Shown here: positions 33,619-40,818 of the stretch, piece after piece | Numbering within the stretch: position 1 is the first letter of the stretch | How the letters are laid out: every line of letters begins with the position of its first letter | Source: an uncultured Pelagibacteraceae bacterium | GTDB lineage: Bacteria > Pseudomonadota > Alphaproteobacteria > Pelagibacterales > Pelagibacteraceae | Direction: 5' to 3' | Assembly (NCBI GenBank): GCA_902574045.1 | Contig: CACGMG010000001.1 | Coordinates: 1,919 to 65,918, forward strand | Length of the DNA: 64,000 nt | Made by a program: the position numbers and the translations under genes | The notes under the pieces: model-generated | Databases searched by the model: none | Told to the model about the DNA's origin: nothing | The model's input: the letters and a program-made list of their open reading frames with translations, nothing else

Positions 33619-34980
33619 ATGAATCTTACAAAAGACTCCATTTGGATACTACTTAGAAAAGTGACGATTCCCGCAAGTACAGGTTCTCTTTTCATGACTT
33701 TTTATAATTTAGTAGATACTTACTTTGCTGGAAAAATTTCTGCTGAAGCACTTGCAGCGATTGCTAAATCTTGGCCTATAACTTTTATAGCGTTAGCTAT
33801 TTCAATTGGTATTCAGGCTGGTACGCAAGCATTAATAAGTAATTCTGTTGGTGCCAAAGAAAATAAATTAGCGTCTTTATATGTTGCTCAGTCAATAACA
33901 TTTGCAGTAATTACGTCAGTAATAGTTACACTATTTGGTTTAAATTTTTCAGAATTTTTATTAAAGATAATGGGCTCATCTGAGGAAAGTATTATTTTAA
34001 CAAGAGAATATTTAGATATTATTTTCTATGGTTCAATAATAATTCTGGTTCAACTTTCTTTAAATGGAACTTTATCTGCCCAAGGTGACACAAAAAGCTA
34101 TAGAAATATTTTGATAATCTCATTTTTTTTAAATATTTTTTTAAATCCTTTATTCATATTTGGTTATGGAATCATACCAGCGTTTGGTATTGCTGGTTTA
34201 GCTATCTCAACTTTAATTGCTCAATCTATTGGAGTTTTTTATTTAATTTACAAAGTGTATTGTTGTAAATTAAAAAAATTTTTATTTTTTGAATGTTTTA
34301 TACCCAAACTAAATCTGTTGTTAAATATTTTTAGACAATCTGTGCCTATCATGTTTACAATGCTGATGATAATGTTTGGTATTTTTAATATTTTCTATTT
34401 CGTAGGTCAGTTTGGTGAATTAGCTACAGCTGGATATGGAACAGCCGTTCGCATAGAGCAAGTCTTACTTCTGCCTGTAATAGGTTTAAATACTGCAGTT
34501 TTGTCTATTGCCGGGCAAAATTATGGTGCTAAATCATTTAATCGAATTAAAGAAGTTTATATTAAAGCTTTGATTTTTGGATCTAGCTTCATGATTATCG
34601 CCGGTATAATAATTTATTTTTCTTCCAGTTTAGTAATCTCACTCTTTACTTCCGATCCAGTAGTAATTAATAGTGGAGCTCTTTATTTAAAAGTAGCAGC
34701 ATTAATAGGTCCAATTTATCCAGTTTTTTTTATTACTTCAGCATTATTTCAAGCACTAAAATTAGCTGTTTATAGTTTGTATATGACAATTATGCGTTTA
34801 ACATTAATGCCATTTATGTTTCTTTGGTATGTAATAAATATTAGAGGAGGTGATTATCAAGATATTTTTTACACAATAATGGCAACTAATTGGTTCATGG
34901 GTCTTTTAGTTCTAGCTTTCATTCCTTTTTTCCTTAAAAATAGACTAAATATGAGCTTCAAAAAATTATTTATATTTTAA
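33619..34980 (+). CDS. MATE family transporter
   Basis: YNLVDTYFAG, GDTK, LNIFLNPLFIFG, FGIAGLAIST, GQNYGA; about 12 TM; start moved to ATG 33619. Confidence 0.92.
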   Translation: MNLTKDSIWILLRKVTIPASTGSLFMTFYNLVDTYFAGKISAEALAAIAKSWPITFIALAISIGIQAGTQALISNSVGAKENKLASLYVAQSITFAVITSVIVTLFGLNFSEFLLKIMGSSEESIILTREYLDIIFYGSIIILVQLSLNGTLSAQGDTKSYRNILIISFFLNIFLNPLFIFGYGIIPAFGIAGLAISTLIAQSIGVFYLIYKVYCCKLKKFLFFECFIPKLNLLLNIFRQSVPIMFTMLMIMFGIFNIFYFVGQFGELATAGYGTAVRIEQVLLLPVIGLNTAVLSIAGQNYGAKSFNRIKEVYIKALIFGSSFMIIAGIIIYFSSSLVISLFTSDPVVINSGALYLKVAALIGPIYPVFFITSALFQALKLAVYSLYMTIMRLTLMPFMFLWYVINIRGGDYQDIFYTIMATNWFMGLLVLAFIPFFLKNRLNMSFKKLFIF

Positions 34981-35700
34981 TTTATTTTCAAGTTTTCTTA
35001 CAAAATAAGAAACAACTAAAATTAAAACAAGGTATTCAAGAATCAAAAAAGTATAAATTTCTAGGGGCCTATAAGTGGTAGTAACAAGTTCATTTGCTTT
35101 TCTAGTTAGATCAGCTATTCCAATAATGGATACAAGTGAAGACATCTTAAGAACATAAACAAATTGATTGCCCATAGCAGGTAACACCACTTTTATGGCT
35201 TGAGGAAGAATTACAAATCTCATTTTTTTCCAGAAATCCATTCCAAGTGACTCAGATACCTCATGTTGTCCCTTATCGATAGAATTAATTCCAGCCCTAA
35301 ATATTTCTGCCTGAAAAGCGCTTTCACTTATAGTCAAAGCAATTATACCAGAAACAAACGGTGAAAAACTAACTCCCAACATAATCGGCAAACCATAATA
35401 AATCCAAAGAATTAAAACTAATAAAGGTATAGCTCTTACAATTTCGACATAAGTTATATTGAAATAACTAAGAAATTTATTATTAGATAAAGATGGTAGT
35501 GCTATTATAAGTCCTATTATCATAGCTAAAATGATAGAAATTATTGAAATATAAATTGTAGTTGTTATACCGCTAATTAGGAATTTTAAATTAGTTAAAC
35601 CTTCGACATTATCAGGACTGAGAATATACCACCCCCATTCATAATTTGAGCTACAACCTTGTAGAAAAAAAAATATAGCAATAAATTTTACAAACCTCAC
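34966..35700 (-). CDS. polar amino acid ABC transporter permease
   Basis: YVEIVRAIPLLV, EAA loop AEIFRAGINSIDKGQHEVSESLG, LKMSSLVSIIG; GTG start. Confidence 0.92.
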   Translation of the reverse strand: MRFVKFIAIFFFLQGCSSNYEWGWYILSPDNVEGLTNLKFLISGITTTIYISIISIILAMIIGLIIALPSLSNNKFLSYFNITYVEIVRAIPLLVLILWIYYGLPIMLGVSFSPFVSGIIALTISESAFQAEIFRAGINSIDKGQHEVSESLGMDFWKKMRFVILPQAIKVVLPAMGNQFVYVLKMSSLVSIIGIADLTRKANELVTTTYRPLEIYTFLILEYLVLILVVSYFVRKLENKLKYK

Positions 35701-35740
35701 ACGTAGACTATATTTGTTAATATTAGTTATTTAAACTTAA

Positions 35741-36511
35741 TTATAAGCTTTTTAGGTTATATTTAGCCAGCAATGTCTTAAAAAATCCAGAGGCTTGCTT
35801 ACCTTTAATCCAATTACTTACGTAATCGTTCCAGACTTTATCTTTTTTTGGAACCATCATTGCTAAAAAAGCTGGATTTTTTTCTCCATCAGGTACAATT
35901 ACTAATTGAGGATATTTTATTACTAATTTATTTGCTTCCGTAGAACTAGTAATATTTCCATCTGCTCTACCCGCAAGCACTTCTTGAAAATCTCTAGCTG
36001 GAGCCTCTACTGATTGAAGTTTTGATTTTGGAAAAAATTCCTTTGCCTTTTCTTCTTGAGATGTACCTAAAGTTGTAGCTATTGTAACATCTTTATTATT
36101 AAGCGAGTTCCAAGTTGGAAATTTCTTCAAATTTTTTTTAAGCACTAAAGGAACTGTTCCATATTTATAATAAGTGGCTGTAAATCCGGCAACTTCAGCT
36201 CTTTTAGGTGTTTTAGTTACGCTTGTAGAAATATCATATCTATCAGCGGTAATTCCTGCTACGATAGTTTTCCATTCTGCGGGAACGAATTTTACCTTAA
36301 CTCCTAAGTCTTTTGCTAACTCTTTCATTACATCTATGTCAAATCCTTTATACTTATTAGTAGCTGGATCTTTCATTGACATAGGATCCCAATCACCTGT
36401 TGTACCTACACGTAGTTCACCATTTTTTTTGATAATATCTAATTTAGAAGCAGCTTGAGAGTTTGTTGTTAAAACTAAAAATATTATTAGTGATATTATT
36501 TTTTTAAACAT
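35741..36511 (-). CDS. family 3 solute-binding protein, cyclohexadienyl dehydratase (PheC)-like clade
   Basis: Signal peptide ending [29 protein letters not shown]; start moved to ATG 36511. Confidence 0.88.
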   Translation of the reverse strand: MFKKIISLIIFLVLTTNSQAASKLDIIKKNGELRVGTTGDWDPMSMKDPATNKYKGFDIDVMKELAKDLGVKVKFVPAEWKTIVAGITADRYDISTSVTKTPKRAEVAGFTATYYKYGTVPLVLKKNLKKFPTWNSLNNKDVTIATTLGTSQEEKAKEFFPKSKLQSVEAPARDFQEVLAGRADGNITSSTEANKLVIKYPQLVIVPDGEKNPAFLAMMVPKKDKVWNDYVSNWIKGKQASGFFKTLLAKYNLKSL

Positions 36512-36585
36512 AATTCTTAATACCGAATGTTTTCTTTTTTTTCGAATTGCAATTTGACCCACTTTGATAACTAGAATTAAAGGGG

Positions 36586-36615
36586 TTGACTAAAGGGTAG
36601 ATTATCATCTATAAA
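36586..36615 (+). promoter_or_regulatory. putative umuDC promoter
   Basis: TTGACT (36586-36591) and CTATAAA (36609-36615). Confidence 0.6.
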
Positions 36616-36630
36616 GAACAAAACAAGAAC
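36616..36630 (+). promoter_or_regulatory. alphaproteobacterial LexA (SOS) box
   Basis: GAAC-AAAACAA-GAAC is an exact GAAC-N7-GAAC direct repeat between the -10 element and the umuD ATG. Confidence 0.88.
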
Positions 36631-36634
36631 ATTT

Positions 36635-37030
36635 ATGAAGCTAACAATACCATTTTATTTGCACAAAGTAGGAGCTGGTTTTCCGTCACCAGCAACTGAC
36701 TATATAGAGGACGATATAGATTTAAATTCTCATCTTATAACAAACCCTCCAGCTACTTTTATAATAAGAGTACAAGGCAAGTCCATGATTAACGTTGGAA
36801 TTTATGACGGAGATTTATTGATAGTAGATAAAAGCATGAGTCCAAGAAATTTTTCAACTGTGATAGCAAATGTGAACGAAGAACTTGTTGTAAAAACTTT
36901 AATCAAGGAAAAAGGAGTTAGTTATCTTACTTCAGGGTCAAAAAATATATTAGATAAAATTAATCTTACAGAAAACCCAGAAATAGTAGTTTGGGGAGTA
37001 GTAACCTATGTCATACACAAACAGCAGTAA
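36635..37030 (+). CDS. umuD: DNA polymerase V subunit UmuD (S24 autopeptidase)
   Basis: AG cleavage site in GAGFPSPA, catalytic GKSM Ser and VVK Lys, VWGVVT. Confidence 0.93.
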   Translation: MKLTIPFYLHKVGAGFPSPATDYIEDDIDLNSHLITNPPATFIIRVQGKSMINVGIYDGDLLIVDKSMSPRNFSTVIANVNEELVVKTLIKEKGVSYLTSGSKNILDKINLTENPEIVVWGVVTYVIHKQQ

Positions 37031-38288
37031 AAAAAATAAAGTTGCATTAATAGATTGTAATTCATTTTATGTTTCTTGTGAGAGGTTGTTTAATCCAAAA
37101 ATAAATAATAAACCTACCGTTGTACTTTCTAATAATGATGGATGTGTAATTTCAAGATCTACTGAAGCAAAGAAAATCGGAATTAAGATGGGAGAACCAT
37201 ATTTTAAAGTAAAAGAACTTGTTAAAAAAAATAATGTATATATTTTTTCTTCTAATTATGCCTTATATGGAGATATTTCAAGAAGAGTGATGAAAACATT
37301 AAGATCTTTTTCAGATAAAATTGAAATTTATTCAATAGATGAAGCATTTGCTGATTTATCTCATATAGAAGAAAAAGAAGTGGAAAATTATGGAAAACAA
37401 ATAAGAGAAAGAATTTTAAAATGGACTGGTATACCTACAAGCGTTGGCATTTCAAGCACAAAGACATTAAGTAAAGTAGCAAATCATATAGCTAAAAAAA
37501 ATAAAACTGGAGTTACATATCTAAAGGAAAATATAGATGAAACTTTAAAAGATTTCCATATTACAGATATCTGGGGGGTTGGAAAACAATTATCGAAATT
37601 ATACATCAAAAATGGAATAGACACAGCTTACAAACTTAAAAATATTTCAAACACTTGGGTTAAAAAAAGTACAAATGTTCTTGGTGCGAAGACGGTAATG
37701 GAACTAAGAGGAATTACTTGTATTGGTTTAGAAACTCAAGAAACAAAAAGAAAAAGCTGTTGTGTTTCAAGGTCATTTGGAAAAAAAGTTGAAAGTCTAG
37801 AAAAGTTACAAGAGTCTATTACTACACACTGTTTAAATGCAGCTGAAAAAATTAGAAATGATAATCAAACAACAAGATCAATAACTATCTATATTAGAAC
37901 AAGCCCCTTTGATAAAAATAGAAAATATTATTCAAATTCTATAACTATAGACTTGCCTATAGCGACTAGTAATAGTTTAGAGTTAGTAAAATCAGCAATT
38001 AATGGATTAAAAAGAATATATAAATACGGATATTTTTATCAAAAAGCTGGAATTGTTTTATCTAAATTAAGTGAAGCAAGTGAAAATGAATTTAATTTAT
38101 TGGCACCAATTATGGAAAATAAATCACAAACATTAATGAAGGCAATAGATTTTACAAATGCGAAGTATGGAAGAAATGCCATTAGCATAGCGCAAGCAGG
38201 CATTAATAATAGCTGGAGGATGAGAAGGGAACATTCATCAGAAATAGATACAGCCTCGTTTGACTCTTTACCAAAAATCAGTGTATAA
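37008..38288 (+). CDS. umuC: DNA polymerase V subunit UmuC (Y family)
   Basis: IDCNSFYVSCER, LSNNDGC, YSIDEAF, IWGVG, WRMRRE. Confidence 0.96.
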   Translation: MSYTNSSKKNKVALIDCNSFYVSCERLFNPKINNKPTVVLSNNDGCVISRSTEAKKIGIKMGEPYFKVKELVKKNNVYIFSSNYALYGDISRRVMKTLRSFSDKIEIYSIDEAFADLSHIEEKEVENYGKQIRERILKWTGIPTSVGISSTKTLSKVANHIAKKNKTGVTYLKENIDETLKDFHITDIWGVGKQLSKLYIKNGIDTAYKLKNISNTWVKKSTNVLGAKTVMELRGITCIGLETQETKRKSCCVSRSFGKKVESLEKLQESITTHCLNAAEKIRNDNQTTRSITIYIRTSPFDKNRKYYSNSITIDLPIATSNSLELVKSAINGLKRIYKYGYFYQKAGIVLSKLSEASENEFNLLAPIMENKSQTLMKAIDFTNAKYGRNAISIAQAGINNSWRMRREHSSEIDTASFDSLPKISV

Positions 38289-38290
38289 AA

Positions 38291-38358
38291 TATAACGGGG
38301 TGTCAAAAAGACTGAGATTATACCCGACGAACCTGACCGGTAATTCAGTAAGGGAATA
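38291..38358 (+). ncRNA. TPP (THI-box) riboswitch, variant
   Basis: CGGGG..GTC-AAAAA-GAC-TGAGA..ACCCG..AACCTGA..TAAT..AGGGAA; P2/P3/UGAGA canonical, P4-P5 arm atypical; AGGGA doubles as the thiV RBS. Confidence 0.85.
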
Positions 38359-38359
38359 A

Positions 38360-39811
38360 ATGGAAAAAACATACGTATCTATACAAACATCACTAACGGT
38401 AACAATCGTAATAGGTCTTTTTTTTATAGGACTAGGCTATATAAATTCAAAAAAAGTAACTAATAATAATAATTATATAGTTGGAAATAGAGACGAAAAT
38501 ATCTTCTCTTTAACAGCAAGTTTAACAGCCTCAGCACTTGGAGCATGGATTTTATTTGGACCAGCTTCAGCTGCAACGTGGGGCGGGATAGGGGCTGTCA
38601 TAGGATATGCTTTAGGTACAGCTGCACCAATGTTATTTTTATATAACTTTGGGCCAAAAATAAGAAAAGAGTTTCCTAATGGTTTAACATTAACTGACTT
38701 CATTAAAAAAAGATTTGGTTTAGGAATACTTAAAATAAGTTTAATTTTGATATTATTTTACTTAACAATATTTTTAATAGCTGAAGTAACAGCAATTTCA
38801 CAACTGTTAAACTTTATATCTAAAGTGCCATTATGGGTCACAGCAGGCATTACTTTAATAGTTTGTTTGCTTTACATATTAAGAGGTGGATTTAAACTTT
38901 CAATAACTACTGATAAGTACCAATTTAGTTTCATAATATTAATAATCTTAGCTTCAATACTTATAATCTTAGGAAACTTAGAGTCATCAGGTTACGAATT
39001 AATTCAAAAAAAATCTCCAAATTTAATTAATAAAAATTATCTACCTAATTATACTGCTGGATTAACTTTTTTTATTGCAGTAGCAGCAACTAATTTATTC
39101 CATCAAGGAAACTGGCAAAGAGTTTTTTCCGCAAAAAACAATGTTACATTAAAATCAAGTTTAATTTACTCGTCAATTATAATTTTCTTTATTGTTTTTT
39201 GGATGGGTTATTCAGGTTTAATATCATATTCTTTAAATTCAAAAGTATTACCAGATTTAGCTTTTTTTGATTTAGTCCTTAATAATAATAATTATCTTAT
39301 AGTTATTGGTATTCTAATCTTAGCAATATCTTTGACATTGAGCACAATCGATACATTAATTAATGCTATTTCAAGTCTGATCATTGTAGATGGAAATCAA
39401 ATTAGAAAATCTTTAAGTGGAAGGCAAATCAAAAAAAAAGCTAACCTAATAATTTTATTTTTAAGTATACTAGTTTTTGTATTAGCCTCTAAAGGTTATA
39501 GTATTCTATATTTATTTTTGTTAGCAGATTTATTATGCTGCTCTGCAGTAATCACTATATTTTATGGTTTTTTTAATAAAAAAATTAATTCAAAACTTGC
39601 AGTTTTATCTATTTTTCTTGGTTTGATATCTGGATTACTTTTCTTTCCAAACATTGATTTTCAAAGTAGCATTCTAGTTGGAAATTTAATCTCAAAAGAC
39701 CTATTTAGTTCTTTTATAATTGAAAATTTACTATTTATTTCTTTTACAATCTCTATAATTGTCCCTTCAATAATGATATCAGTTTATTCTTTACGAAGTT
39801 CGTTTAAGTAA
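38360..39811 (+). CDS. thiV: sodium:solute symporter, ThiV-type thiamin-precursor (HMP) transporter
   Basis: SSS-family TM pattern (LGAWILFGPA, TDKYQ, WQRVFSA); preceded by TPP riboswitch as described for SAR11 thiV. Confidence 0.82.
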   Translation: MEKTYVSIQTSLTVTIVIGLFFIGLGYINSKKVTNNNNYIVGNRDENIFSLTASLTASALGAWILFGPASAATWGGIGAVIGYALGTAAPMLFLYNFGPKIRKEFPNGLTLTDFIKKRFGLGILKISLILILFYLTIFLIAEVTAISQLLNFISKVPLWVTAGITLIVCLLYILRGGFKLSITTDKYQFSFIILIILASILIILGNLESSGYELIQKKSPNLINKNYLPNYTAGLTFFIAVAATNLFHQGNWQRVFSAKNNVTLKSSLIYSSIIIFFIVFWMGYSGLISYSLNSKVLPDLAFFDLVLNNNNYLIVIGILILAISLTLSTIDTLINAISSLIIVDGNQIRKSLSGRQIKKKANLIILFLSILVFVLASKGYSILYLFLLADLLCCSAVITIFYGFFNKKINSKLAVLSIFLGLISGLLFFPNIDFQSSILVGNLISKDLFSSFIIENLLFISFTISIIVPSIMISVYSLRSSFK

Positions 39812-40656
39812 ATAGTGACGGCAATCCATATAAAAATAAAAGAGATTAATTTATCAAAGTTTAAAGGTTCATTAAAAAAAAATAATCCTAAAATAAATTG
39901 TGCAGTAGGAGTAAGAAAAAATATCATACTAGCTGGCCCTATCCCTATAAGTTCAAAACCTTTTGTGTACCAGAAAAGTGGAACTAAAGTTATAAGACCG
40001 GCCCAAAATAGATAAAACGATAAAACAGGTTTTTCTAAAGAAAAAATATTTAAATCATTCATTACTAAAAAAGTAAAAAGACTAATCGCAATAGGTAAAG
40101 TTAATATTGTTTCTATGAGCAGTCCTATATCTGAAGAAACTTTAATTTTTTTTCTAATTAAGCCATATAAACTAAATGTAATTGCTACAATAATTCCTAT
40201 CCAAGGAACTTGACCTAATTTAATTAACAAATAAATTAATGCTGTTATTACTAAAAGAATAGATATAATTTGATTCTTGTTAAATTTCTCTTTTAAAAAT
40301 ACAATTCCAAAAAAAACACTCAAAATTGGAAAAATATAGTAACCTAGAGCTCCATCAATAAGATTATTCGTTTTGACTGCATACAACCATGTAAACCAAT
40401 TGATTGTAATCAAAAGTCCAGTGATAAATAAAATAAAAACATTATTTTTTCTACTTATGATTTTGTTAAATTCACCCCATTTAGAAAAATAACTAGTAGT
40501 TATTACAAGTAATAAAGCTGTCCAAATAGTTCTATGCACTGTTAATTCTATTGTTGAGGCAAAAGAAGTAAATTTAAAATAAATTACTCCTATCACACCC
40601 CACCAAAGTGAAGCCCCTACAGTGAATAATGAGCCTTTTAATAAATTTTTCTTCAT
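39784..40656 (-). CDS. rarD: RarD (EamA/DMT) family transporter
   Basis: LWWG, HRTIW, INW, ALGYYIFP, TFSLYGLIRK, ET, FFNEPL. Confidence 0.9.
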   Translation of the reverse strand: MKKNLLKGSLFTVGASLWWGVIGVIYFKFTSFASTIELTVHRTIWTALLLVITTSYFSKWGEFNKIISRKNNVFILFITGLLITINWFTWLYAVKTNNLIDGALGYYIFPILSVFFGIVFLKEKFNKNQIISILLVITALIYLLIKLGQVPWIGIIVAITFSLYGLIRKKIKVSSDIGLLIETILTLPIAISLFTFLVMNDLNIFSLEKPVLSFYLFWAGLITLVPLFWYTKGFELIGIGPASMIFFLTPTAQFILGLFFFNEPLNFDKLISFIFIWIAVTIYLNELRKE

Positions 40657-40725
40657 TTGACCATTTTTTTGATTGATTTATAAGGTAGTTAATTAATAAT
40701 TAGTACTAAATAAACTGGTAAATTC

Positions 40726-40817
40726 GGAAGAGTGGGTGAGTGGTTGAAACCAGTTGGTTGCTAACTAACCGTACGAGTAACATCGTACCGAGAGTTCGAA
40801 TCTCTCCTCTTCCGCCA
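40726..40817 (+). tRNA. tRNA-Ser(GCT)
   Basis: Acceptor GGAAGAG/CTCTTCC, discriminator G, encoded CCA, anticodon arm GTTGG-TTGCTAA-CTAAC, long variable arm GTACGA/TCGTAC, T-loop TTCGAAT. Confidence 0.97.
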
Positions 40818-40818
40818 T

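Noticed and set aside
36635-40817. umuDC-thiV-rarD as a genomic island or prophage remnant at tRNA-Ser
   Set aside because: No integrase, no duplicated tRNA 3' end, no obvious compositional shift; the block lies 5' of the tRNA, and umuD has a host-type LexA box
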